From an uncultured Clostridia bacterium (GTDB lineage Bacteria; Bacillota; Clostridia; Christensenellales; Aristaeellaceae), in contig CALCTW010000044.1 of the NCBI GenBank assembly GCA_937907055.1, positions 2,401 through 34,400 of the forward strand: 32,000 nucleotides of DNA. Reading direction: 5' to 3'. Shown piece after piece: positions 16,038 to 24,574 of this stretch (positions are counted from its first letter, which is position 1; each line of letters starts with the position of its first letter). The position numbers and the translations under genes are program-made. The notes beneath the pieces are model-generated. The model did no database searches, was not told the DNA's origin, and was given only the letters and a program-made list of their open reading frames with translations.

Positions 16038-17108
16038 ATGGCAGATCAGTTGGATATCTCTGTATCGTTCGATGCTTATGCCGGTGAACCGAACCGTGAC
16101 GGTCATCAGTTTGCTGTTCCGCTTCCGGACGGCCGTGTCCGGTTCCGTCTTCTCGCGAAGGACGCTTCTTCTGTCGTCATCGATCAGTTCGGCTCCCTCA
16201 CGCCCCTTTCTCCCGCGGGGGATGGCTACTGGGAGGGCATTGCCGATCTGGGCCGCGGCTTCAAGTATTTCTTCCTCAAGGTGGACGGGGCGGATGTCCT
16301 GTCTCCCTATCTGCCCATCGGCTACGGCTGCTGCCGTCCCATGAATTTTGTGGATGTCCCGGTCGAGGGCGAGGATTGGGATGCCCTCCTTCCGTCCATT
16401 CCGCACGGCGCGGTCACCCGTCATTATTATCCCTCCTCCGTCACCGGCCGGCTGGAGGTCTGCCTTGTTTACACGCCGCCCTGCTATGATCCCGCGAAAA
16501 AGTATCCCGTTCTCTATCTCCAGCACGGCTACGGCGAAAATGAGACCGGTTGGATCTATCAGGGGCATGCCGGGCGCATTGCCGATCAGCTCCTTCACGA
16601 AGGCGCCATGCAGGAAATGCTCATCGTCATGGGCAACGGCATGACGAAGATCGACGGCAGCGATGAACGCAATGTCTTCACCCGTGTCATCCTGCAGGAT
16701 CTGATCCCCTTCATTGAAAAGACCTATAATGTCCACACCGATAAATGGCACCGCGCTATGGCCGGTCTCAGCATGGGCAGTTATCAGACTTCTCTCGTCA
16801 CCATGTCCCATCCGGAGCTTTTCGGCTACGCCGGCATCTTCTCCGGTTTCATGCGCGCGCCCTGGGGCGGCGCGCCCGAGGCGCATCTGGCCATTCTGGA
16901 TGATCAGGCGCTTTTCTCCTCCAGCTATCGTGTTTTCTACCGCGCCATGGGCACGGAGGATATTTTCTTCGCGTCCTTCGCGGCAGATGATGAAATGCTT
17001 TCCGCCAAGTCGCTTCCCATCATCCGCCAGACCTTCCCCGGCGGCCATGATTGGAGCGTCTGGCGCCGCTGCATCCACGCCTTCCTGCCCCTTCTTTTTA
17101 AGGAATGA
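16038..17108 (+). CDS. Esterase-family alpha/beta hydrolase (CE1-like, feruloyl/acetyl-xylan-esterase-like) with an N-terminal Ig-like/E-set domain
   Basis: Motifs VLYLQHGYGENETGW and GLSMGSYQ (nucleophile), plus a C-terminal GGHDW. The start at 16038 follows RBS GAAAGGAAG at 7 nt. Confidence 0.8.
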   Translation: MADQLDISVSFDAYAGEPNRDGHQFAVPLPDGRVRFRLLAKDASSVVIDQFGSLTPLSPAGDGYWEGIADLGRGFKYFFLKVDGADVLSPYLPIGYGCCRPMNFVDVPVEGEDWDALLPSIPHGAVTRHYYPSSVTGRLEVCLVYTPPCYDPAKKYPVLYLQHGYGENETGWIYQGHAGRIADQLLHEGAMQEMLIVMGNGMTKIDGSDERNVFTRVILQDLIPFIEKTYNVHTDKWHRAMAGLSMGSYQTSLVTMSHPELFGYAGIFSGFMRAPWGGAPEAHLAILDDQALFSSSYRVFYRAMGTEDIFFASFAADDEMLSAKSLPIIRQTFPGGHDWSVWRRCIHAFLPLLFKE

Positions 17109-17290
17109 CCGGGCCTGCGCTCTGCTTCTGTCCATCAGCGGCTGTGTCTGCATTCACCTTTTTTGGATGCCGTATCTTCCGCGTCCCGCGTGATCCACAG
17201 GTTCGGGCGCGCGCGTCACGCTCTGCTGTCTGGTATCAGCTTCAGTCATGACGCGTGACGGGGTATGAGCATTTTCCGGTCAACACCCTG

Positions 17291-17318
17291 TTGCGTGCCC
17301 TCTTTTCTGTGGTATACT
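17291..17318 (+). promoter_or_regulatory. SigA-like promoter with extended -10 for the rph operon
   Basis: TTGCGT, 16 nt spacer, TGGTATACT. Confidence 0.5.
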
Positions 17319-17404
17319 GTAGTCGAAAATCGGAATCTTTCCCGTCTGCCGCCGTTCTGGTCCGGCGTCCTTCCGGGATCGTCTGTTATAAAAGGAGAAT
17401 GATT

Positions 17405-18712
17405 ATGACCCGCTGCAGCAACGAACTCAGAGAACATACGATCATCCCCGGCTTTGTGGCCACGGCGGATGGCAGCTGCCTCATCAGCACCGGCAATACC
17501 AAGGTCATCTGCACGGCCTCCATCGATGAATCCGTTCCGCCCTTCCTGCGCGGCAAGGGCATGGGCTGGGTCACGGCGGAATACGCCATGCTGCCCGCCT
17601 CCACCGGCCATCGCAAGGCCCGTGACGGGGTCAAGAAGGATGGCCGCGGCGTGGAGATCAGCCGTCTCATCGGCCGCGCGCTGCGTCAGGCGGTGGATCG
17701 CCGTTATATGGACGGCTTCACCATCACCATCGACTGCGATGTGCTTCAGGCGGACGGCGGCACCCGCACCGCCTCCATCACCGGCGGCTTTGTCGCGCTC
17801 TGCCTCGCGGTGGATAAACTCCTCCGGCAGGGCAAGCTTAAGCAGTCTCCCATCATCCATCAGATCAGCGCGGTCTCTGCCGGCATCTGTGAAGATGTCC
17901 CCACGCTGGATCTTTGCTACGAGCAGGATTCCTCCGCGCAGGTGGATATGAACTTCGTCATGGATGACGCCGGTCATTTTGTTGAATTGCAGGGCACCGG
18001 CGAAGGCCGTGCCTTCTCGGATGAAGAACTGGCCTCTCTGCTTTCGCTGGGCAAGAAGGGCTGCATGGAATTGCAGGCGCTTCAGCGCGAAGCCCTTGGC
18101 GAGGCCGTGTCCGTCATCGCGCCCAGGCGTGTCATCGTTCTGGCCAGCAATAACGCCCATAAGGTGGTCGAGCTCAAGACCATGCTGGGCGATCGCTACA
18201 CCGTCCTCTCCATGAAGGAAGCCGGCATCGATACCGATATCGATGAAAACGGCGAGACCTTCGAGGAAAACGCCCTCATCAAGGCGCGCGCCGTGTGCCG
18301 GCTCACCGGTCTTCCGGCGCTGGCGGATGACAGCGGTCTCGCGGTCGATGCCCTCGGCGGCGCGCCCGGTGTCCACAGCGCCCGCTATGCCGGTGAACAC
18401 GGCAATGACAAGGCCAATAATGATCTCCTCATCGAAAACATGAAGGATGTTCCGGATGAAAAGCGTACCGCCTCCTTCGTCAGCTGCGTGGCGCTGGTCA
18501 CGCCCTGGGGCGAGGAGGCTGCCCGTGAGGGCCGCTGCCCCGGTGTCATCATCCACGAAAGCCGCGGCAACGGCGGCTTCGGCTATGACCCCTATTTCCT
18601 GTATGAATCGGGCCGCACCTTCGCGGAAATGGGCGCGGAGGAGAAGAACGCCATCTCGCACCGCGCCATCGCCATGGCCGCCATGCTGCCCGTCATTCTC
18701 GAAATCCTGTAA
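17405..18712 (+). CDS. rph: Bifunctional fusion of RNase PH and RdgB/HAM1-type non-canonical NTP (dITP/XTP) pyrophosphatase
   Basis: The RNase PH part (to about 18100) contains GSCLISTGNTKVICTAS, GWVTAEYAMLP and DCDVLQADGGTRTASITG. The RdgB part (from about 18125) contains VLASNNAHKVVEL, ADDSGLAVDALGGAPGVHSARY, GFGYDPYF and ISHRA. The start at 17405 follows AAGGAG. Confidence 0.9.
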   Translation: MTRCSNELREHTIIPGFVATADGSCLISTGNTKVICTASIDESVPPFLRGKGMGWVTAEYAMLPASTGHRKARDGVKKDGRGVEISRLIGRALRQAVDRRYMDGFTITIDCDVLQADGGTRTASITGGFVALCLAVDKLLRQGKLKQSPIIHQISAVSAGICEDVPTLDLCYEQDSSAQVDMNFVMDDAGHFVELQGTGEGRAFSDEELASLLSLGKKGCMELQALQREALGEAVSVIAPRRVIVLASNNAHKVVELKTMLGDRYTVLSMKEAGIDTDIDENGETFEENALIKARAVCRLTGLPALADDSGLAVDALGGAPGVHSARYAGEHGNDKANNDLLIENMKDVPDEKRTASFVSCVALVTPWGEEAAREGRCPGVIIHESRGNGGFGYDPYFLYESGRTFAEMGAEEKNAISHRAIAMAAMLPVILEIL

Positions 18713-18726
18713 GGAGGGGCCTTCCC

Positions 18727-19191
18727 ATGATCACACTCGGTGTCGTGTCCGATTCTCATGGCGATAAAGGCCGCCTCGGCAACATCATGATGATGTTTTA
18801 GTATAAGAAGGTGGACGGGGTCATCCATCTGGGGGATGGCTGCCGGGATATGGAGCCCTATGCCGCGGCCTTCAGACAGGTCTGGCAGGTCGCCGGCAAC
18901 TGTGATTTTTCCTCCCTTCCGCGGGAGGAGGTCATCACGATAGGCGGACAGCGCATCCTGATCACCCACGGGCATCGCTTCATGGTCAAGAGCAGCACCA
19001 CGCTGCTCGGCATAGAGGCGGAGGAGCAGGGGGTCAAAGCCGCGCTCTTCGGTCACACGCACGAGCCCTTTATCGATTATCACGGCGGCATCCTGCTGCT
19101 GAACCCCGGTTCCGCGCATGACGGCTGCTACGCCATATTGAAGATCCACGATAACGGCATGGTGGAGGGCGAGCTCAACCGCCGCGCCTGA
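18727..19191 (+). CDS. YfcE/YsnB-family metallophosphoesterase with one in-frame TAG at 18799-18801 (codon 25). Either a pseudogene or a recoded/read-through gene.
   Basis: ATG 18727 follows RBS AAGGAGGGG. The N-terminal segment MITLGVVSDSHG carries the essential DxH motif. After the TAG the same frame continues with VDGVIHLGDG, GNCD, ITHGH and GHTH. There are no other defects. Confidence 0.75.
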
Positions 19192-19297
19192 CACACGGCA
19201 GGGGAGAGATCTTCTTTGGATCCGTGCCATCCGCGTCCGAGCATACTTCCCTTTCCGCTTTTTTCCGTTGTTCCCTGTACCGATCAAAAGCAAAAAT

Positions 19298-19327
19298 GTG
19301 TCCGGCAGCGTGTCGGGCACATTTTTT
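19298..19327 (+). terminator. Rho-independent terminator of the rph operon
   Basis: GTGTCCG-gcagcgtgt-CGGGCAC stem (one G-U pair) followed by ATTTTTT. Confidence 0.65.
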
Positions 19328-19551
19328 ACATCTGTACTCTACCACACTTTGGAGTGACCTGCAATGAACCTCTGCTGACTTTTTCTATCCTTTTCTATCC
19401 TTTGTTCAACCTCTTCGCGCCTTTTGTGACCTTTACTGACCTGATTTAATATTTTTGTAACATTTAACGGCGCTCTCTCTTTTTTCGCGCCTCGGCCGCC
19501 TGTTTTCCGCGCTGTTTTTTCGCGAAAAAGCGCCTTCTCCTCCGTCACGGG

Positions 19552-19581
19552 TTGCGGCGCGCCGCAAAAAGGTGGTATAAT
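19552..19581 (+). promoter_or_regulatory. Putative promoter overlapped by a perfect 16-bp palindrome
   Basis: TTGCGG, 18 nt spacer, TATAAT (19576-19581). The palindrome TTGCGGCGCGCCGCAA spans 19552-19567. Confidence 0.4.
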
Positions 19582-19668
19582 CTTGATGATCAGGCGGAGT
19601 ATTCCGCTGTCCTTTGCGTTATCCGGCTCCGCGGCCGCTTTATATCTTCAGAAAGGAAGCACGATACC

Positions 19669-21129
19669 ATGTCCAGCCGAAAAGAAAAATGGATGAGTCA
19701 GCTTGCCGCGCTCCTGCGGGATGATGATGTTTTCTGGAATAACGAGATCAAGGCCAATATCTTCGTCAGTTTTTCCCTGATGATCCTCGCGTTTGTGCTG
19801 GTGCTGTCCTATGTCCTGGCTTCAGCCGGGGTCTTCAATGTTCCGAAGGAGCATATGCAGCTCACCATGATCATCAATATCCCCATCATCCTCGCGGCCA
19901 TCATCGTCAGCAATGTCTTCAAGGGTCAGAAGAAGTGGATCAAGTACATGCTCTGTATCACCAGCATCCTGACCGCCGGGGCCCTTGGCGCTGTGCTCAA
20001 TATCTTCGTTGCCCTCATCTGGGCCATTCCGGTCATCCTCAGTGTCCGCTATTACAGCGTGCGCCTCACCGGGATCATCGCGCTCCTCACTGTGGTCGAT
20101 ATGCTGGTCTCCCTGTATTTCTTCGGCATCGCGGGCATGGTCGATCTTAATCTCGTCAAGGTTCCCGCGCAGGCCACCCTGCAGGTCACGGATACGCTCC
20201 GTGATGCTGTCACCGCCCATGGTTATGATCTGCACACCTATCTCAGCGCTCTGTTCCGCGGTTCCTTCATGCCGCGTCTGCTTTTGTTCATCATCATCGC
20301 CTTCACCTGTCTGGAACTGTCCCGCCGCGCGCATGAGAATATTCTGGAGCAGGCCGCGATCTCCCGCAAGACGGAGGGCATGCGCACGGAGCTTTCGATG
20401 GCCAGCGCCATCCAGAGCGGCGTGCTGCCCAAGTTCTTTCCGCCCTATCCGGCCAGAAAGGAATTCGATATCTACGCCACCATGACACCGGCCAAAGAGG
20501 TCGGCGGTGATTTTTACGATTTCTTCTTCATCGATGATGATCATTTCATGCTCGTCATGGCGGATGTTTCCGGCAAGGGCGTTCCGGCTTCGCTTTTCAT
20601 GATGACCAGCAAGATCCTGCTCAAGACCTCCGCGCTCCATAGCATGTCGCCCGGCGAGATCGCGCAGAGTGTGAATGATATCCTCTGTTCGGATAATGTG
20701 CTGGATATGTTCGTCACCGTCTGGATGGGCATCGTGCAGCTTTCGACCGGCGAGGTCGTCTCCATCGATGCCGGCCATGAATATCCCATCCTGTGCCGCG
20801 CGGACGGGCGGTACGAGGTCTTCAAGGATAAGAAGGGCTTTGTCCTCGGCGGCATGGAAGGCACGCGTTACCGGGAGACTGCCTTCACGCTGGCGCCGGG
20901 CGATACTCTTTTCCTGTATACCGACGGTGTTCCGGAGGCGACCGACCGCAATGAAGCAATGTTCGGCATGGATCGCACCCTTGCCGCGCTCAACAGCGAT
21001 CCTTCCGCCGGTCCGGCAGCGCTGCTGCAAAATGTCCGTTCCGCGGTCGATACGTTTGTCGGCGACGCGCCGCAGTTTGATGATCTCACCATGCTCGCTT
21101 TCCGCTACAACGGCCCTGACGCGAAATGA
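19669..21129 (+). CDS. Membrane-bound PP2C-family (SpoIIE/RsbU-like) serine phosphatase
   Basis: The N-terminal half has about 5-6 TM segments. The C-terminal PPM domain contains EVGGDFYDFFFIDDDHFMLVMADVSGKGVPASLFMM, LFLYTDGVPEA and QFDDLTMLAF. The start at 19669 follows GAAAGGAAG. Confidence 0.85.
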   Translation: MSSRKEKWMSQLAALLRDDDVFWNNEIKANIFVSFSLMILAFVLVLSYVLASAGVFNVPKEHMQLTMIINIPIILAAIIVSNVFKGQKKWIKYMLCITSILTAGALGAVLNIFVALIWAIPVILSVRYYSVRLTGIIALLTVVDMLVSLYFFGIAGMVDLNLVKVPAQATLQVTDTLRDAVTAHGYDLHTYLSALFRGSFMPRLLLFIIIAFTCLELSRRAHENILEQAAISRKTEGMRTELSMASAIQSGVLPKFFPPYPARKEFDIYATMTPAKEVGGDFYDFFFIDDDHFMLVMADVSGKGVPASLFMMTSKILLKTSALHSMSPGEIAQSVNDILCSDNVLDMFVTVWMGIVQLSTGEVVSIDAGHEYPILCRADGRYEVFKDKKGFVLGGMEGTRYRETAFTLAPGDTLFLYTDGVPEATDRNEAMFGMDRTLAALNSDPSAGPAALLQNVRSAVDTFVGDAPQFDDLTMLAFRYNGPDAK

Positions 21130-21228
21130 TCATCTGACCGGGCGGTTCTCCGGCGGCACGGTGTGTTCACGCGCGTGACCGCTCCGTTCCGGTTTATCCG
21201 TTTCCATCCCCTGATCCGCGTAGTAAAA

Positions 21229-21264
21229 ATCCCCGGGAGAAGGTGCTTTCCTTCTCCCGGGGAT
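21229..21264. terminator. Bidirectional rho-independent terminator between convergent genes
   Basis: A 15-bp perfect stem, ATCCCCGGGAGAAGG-tgcttt-CCTTCTCCCGGGGAT, flanked by AAAAA and CTTTT. Confidence 0.8.
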
Positions 21265-21288
21265 GCTTTTATGTTTGATCGTCTGTGA

Positions 21289-22611
21289 TCAGTTCTTGCT
21301 GCTCTCCATCTTGTCCACTACGCGCAGCGTGAGGGTCAGGTCGGTATAGATGCCGTCGCCCAGCTTCGCCGCGGCTTCCAGATCCGCTGTCCAGGTGGAC
21401 AGATCCACGATGCCGGTCAGACCTTCCAGACGGTATACCGTGATGGTCAGTTCATCACCGGCGCCGAAAGCGCCCACGGCCTTGGTCAGCGCGCTCTGGT
21501 CGGTCACCACCTCGCCGTTCACCGCCACAATGATATCACCGGGCAGAATGCCGGCTTCGGCGGCCGGGGTGCCGTCTTCCACCGCTGCCACATACGCGCC
21601 GGAGGGCAGTACGGAGCCGCTGGTGTTGCGCAGCGTCAGCACGCTCACGCCCATGCGGGGCTTGCCGGTCAGGCCGTTGGCCGCGGCAGGAGTCTCTTCG
21701 GTCTTTTCTTCCTTCGCGGTCATGCCGGGCACATAATCCTTCAGCACGCTTTCGATCAGCGGCTTGGCCACATTGATCGGGATGCACATGCCGATGTTGT
21801 CCACATCCGCGCCGGCAAAGACGTTGGTGGAATACTTGCGCGCGGGAACGCCCATCAGCTGTCCCAGCACATTGAACATACCGCCGCCGCTGTTGCCGCT
21901 GTTGATGGCGGCGTCCACCTGGATCATGGTGTTGGTCACGCTGGTCTTGCGGCCGTAGCGGTCATAGGTGGTATCGGTCACATTGCGGTTCAGCGCGGAA
22001 ACCACACCCACCGTCAGGGTACGGGCAAAGCGCTCGCCCAGCGGGTTGCCGATCACGATGGCCCATTCGCCCACCTGCAGCTGATCGCTGTCGCCCAGCT
22101 GCACAGGCGCGACATTCAGGTCTTCCACCAGCAGCACGGCGATATCCAGATCGGCGTCATAGCCCATCACGGTCGCCTCATGCTCTTCCTCGTCAGCCGC
22201 GGTGGTGATGGTCACGCGGGTCGCGTTCTCGACCACATGATAGTTGGTCAGAATGTGGCCGTAAGCGGTGATCACCACGCCGCTGCCGGTGCTGTAAAGG
22301 CGTTCCTGGGTCTCGCGCTGATAGCCGTAGTTATCACCGTAGCCAAAGTTCCAGCCAAAGTTGCCCCAGCCGTTATTATAGGTGGTCACCTGCTGGTAGT
22401 TGTTCACGCCCACCACGCTGTCACGCACGCTGTTGGATACCTCGATAAACGGGCTGGTCACCTTGGAAGCATCCGTCTGGGTATTGAGGATACTGTTGAT
22501 CTCATCCGCGGAGATGCTTCCGGTCACCTCTTCCGCTCCGGCGAAGCCGACTGTCATCAGCATGGCCCAGATGAGCAGCAGGCTCGTGAACGCCATCATC
22601 TTTTTCATCAT
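21289..22611 (-). CDS. htrA: HtrA/DegP-family (S1C) serine protease with a C-terminal PDZ domain
   Basis: Signal/anchor sequence, catalytic His in ILTNYHVV, Asp in DIAVLLV, Ser in GNSGGGMF, and a PDZ-like GDIIVAVNGEVV. Confidence 0.9.
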   Translation of the reverse strand: MMKKMMAFTSLLLIWAMLMTVGFAGAEEVTGSISADEINSILNTQTDASKVTSPFIEVSNSVRDSVVGVNNYQQVTTYNNGWGNFGWNFGYGDNYGYQRETQERLYSTGSGVVITAYGHILTNYHVVENATRVTITTAADEEEHEATVMGYDADLDIAVLLVEDLNVAPVQLGDSDQLQVGEWAIVIGNPLGERFARTLTVGVVSALNRNVTDTTYDRYGRKTSVTNTMIQVDAAINSGNSGGGMFNVLGQLMGVPARKYSTNVFAGADVDNIGMCIPINVAKPLIESVLKDYVPGMTAKEEKTEETPAAANGLTGKPRMGVSVLTLRNTSGSVLPSGAYVAAVEDGTPAAEAGILPGDIIVAVNGEVVTDQSALTKAVGAFGAGDELTITVYRLEGLTGIVDLSTWTADLEAAAKLGDGIYTDLTLTLRVVDKMESSKN

Positions 22612-22733
22612 TGCATCAGTCCTTTCGTCCCGGAACTTATCCTTTTTCCGGTACGGGGCTATTATACTACATTTTTTCGGTTTGTGATCCCTATGTCACG
22701 ATGATGTCATAATTTATATTCCCCGCTCTTTGA

Positions 22734-22762
22734 AAAAGACCGCTCCCGCGATTGGGAGCGGC
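22734..22762 (-). terminator. Rho-independent terminator of the glg operon
   Basis: On the minus strand: CCGCTCCC-aatcgc-GGGAGCGG followed by TCTTTTT. Confidence 0.75.
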
Positions 22763-22777
22763 CTTCATTCAGGCTGT

Positions 22778-24484
22778 TTATTCAGCTTTTTCCGCCTTTT
22801 TCGCGGTCTTCCGGGGGGCCTTTTTGGCAGGCTCCTTCACCGGCTTTTCAGCGGTCTCGGTCTTTTTCGCGGCGGTCTTCTTTGCTGCCTTCGCGGGCTT
22901 TTCCGCTTCCGCGCCGGCCTTCACGGCAGCCGTTTTCCGGGGCGTTTTGGCCTTCGCGGGCTTCTTTACGCTCTCTTCGGCAGGGATCACCTCTGCAGGC
23001 GCTGCTTCCGCGGGCTTTTCCTCGGCTTTTTCAGCAGTCTCCGCGGGGGCGGCCAGCAGGGTCTCATACAGCTTCAGATAGGTATCCGCGCTGTGATCCC
23101 AGCTGTAATCGCCGCTCATGCCGCGCTTCTGCAGCTTTTCCCACACGGCCTTGTCGGTCCTGTAGTAGTTCAGGGCGCGGCGCAGGGTGTACAGCATGTC
23201 GTGCGCGTTGTAGTTAAAGAAGCTGAAGCCGTTTCCGGCGTCATTGTAATCATTGTAGCTCAGCACGGTGTCGCGCAGGCCGCCCGTCTCGCGTACGAGC
23301 GGGATGGTGCCGTAGCGCATGGCCAGCATCTGGCTCAGACCGCAGGGCTCAAACTGGCTGGGCATCAGGAAGAGATCGGCGCCGGCATACAGGCGGTGCG
23401 CCAGACCGGCATCCATGCAGAAGCGCGCGGCTACGCGGCCGGGATACTGCTGCTCGGCCCAGCTGAACAGGTTCACATAGCGGCTGTCGCCCATGCCCAG
23501 CACCACAAACTGCACATTCTCGTTCATGATATCGCTGATCACATAATCGATCAGGTCCAGACCCTTCTGGTTGTTCAGACGGCTGATGATGGCCAGCAGG
23601 GGGATGTTCTCATCCACGGTCAGGCCCAGTTCCTTCTGCAGCTCGCTCTTGCAGATCTTCTTGCCGCTCATGTCCTCCACGGTGTAGTTGGCCGGGATGG
23701 TCTTGTCGGTGGCAGGATCGTATTCTGTGGTGTCGATGCCGTTCAGGATGCCGCTCAGATGATTGTTCTTGGCGCGGAGCAGTCCGTCCAGGCGCTCGCC
23801 GTAGTAGGCGGTCTGGATCTCCTCGGCATAGCTTGGCGAGACGGTGGTGATCTCATCGCTATAGACCAGCGCGGCCTTCATGTAGTTGGCGCAGCCGTAG
23901 CATTCCAGCTTGTCATTGGTGAACAGGCTGTCACCCAGACCCATGATGTCCTGTACGTCACGGATGGAGAAGATGCCCTGATACTGCAGGTTGTGGATGG
24001 TGTACACCGTCTTCATCTTGGCGAAGAAGGGCAGATGCGCGTACTGGATCTTCAGCAGGGCCGGCACCATACCGCTCTGCCAGTCATGGCAGTGGATGAT
24101 ATCGGGTTGGAAGCCCAGCAGGGGCAGCGCGTTCAGGCAGGCGCGGCAGAAGAAGCCGAAGCGTTCAAATTCGTCGCCGCCCATGCCGTAGATATAATTG
24201 CGGTTGAAGTAGAATTTGTTGTCGATGAAGTAGAAGGTCACACCGCGGTACTGCAGCTCCTCAATGCCGCAGTACTGCTTGCGCCAGCCCAGATCGATCT
24301 CAAAATCGCAGGCGTGACGCAGCTGCTGGCGGTAACTATCGGGGATCTGGCCGTAAAGGGGCAGCATCACGCGCACGTCATGGCCCTTGGCTGCCAGCAC
24401 GGGAGACAGAGCGCCCACCACATCGGCCAGACCGCCGGTCTTGATGAAAGGTACGCACTCCGCGGCAGAGAAAAGGATCTTCAT
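22778..24484 (-). CDS. glgA: Glycogen (starch) synthase GlgA with a 91-aa Lys/Ala/Pro/Glu-rich C-terminal extension
   Basis: MKILFSAAECVPFIKTGGLADV (KTGGL motif), a GT5 core, and LMPSQFEPCGLSQM. The canonical end is near YLKLYETLL. The low-complexity tail is encoded by 22781-23053. Confidence 0.93.
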   Translation of the reverse strand: MKILFSAAECVPFIKTGGLADVVGALSPVLAAKGHDVRVMLPLYGQIPDSYRQQLRHACDFEIDLGWRKQYCGIEELQYRGVTFYFIDNKFYFNRNYIYGMGGDEFERFGFFCRACLNALPLLGFQPDIIHCHDWQSGMVPALLKIQYAHLPFFAKMKTVYTIHNLQYQGIFSIRDVQDIMGLGDSLFTNDKLECYGCANYMKAALVYSDEITTVSPSYAEEIQTAYYGERLDGLLRAKNNHLSGILNGIDTTEYDPATDKTIPANYTVEDMSGKKICKSELQKELGLTVDENIPLLAIISRLNNQKGLDLIDYVISDIMNENVQFVVLGMGDSRYVNLFSWAEQQYPGRVAARFCMDAGLAHRLYAGADLFLMPSQFEPCGLSQMLAMRYGTIPLVRETGGLRDTVLSYNDYNDAGNGFSFFNYNAHDMLYTLRRALNYYRTDKAVWEKLQKRGMSGDYSWDHSADTYLKLYETLLAAPAETAEKAEEKPAEAAPAEVIPAEESVKKPAKAKTPRKTAAVKAGAEAEKPAKAAKKTAAKKTETAEKPVKEPAKKAPRKTAKKAEKAE

Positions 24485-24574
24485 AGTTTTGTCCTCCGGT
24501 TCAGGTTGGGAGAACGCTGCGCGCTCTCCGGGGGTTTTGTGAAAGGGCTGCCGGCTTCGCGGCAGCCCGGAAGA

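Noticed and set aside
19339-19548. A 69-aa highly basic ORF on the minus strand in the AT-rich spacer, which would end in TAG.
   Set aside because: It has a GTG start with no RBS and a low-complexity Lys/Arg/Glu composition. It lies in a region better explained as regulatory DNA. Reading through its TAG only runs into the antisense of the phosphoesterase gene.
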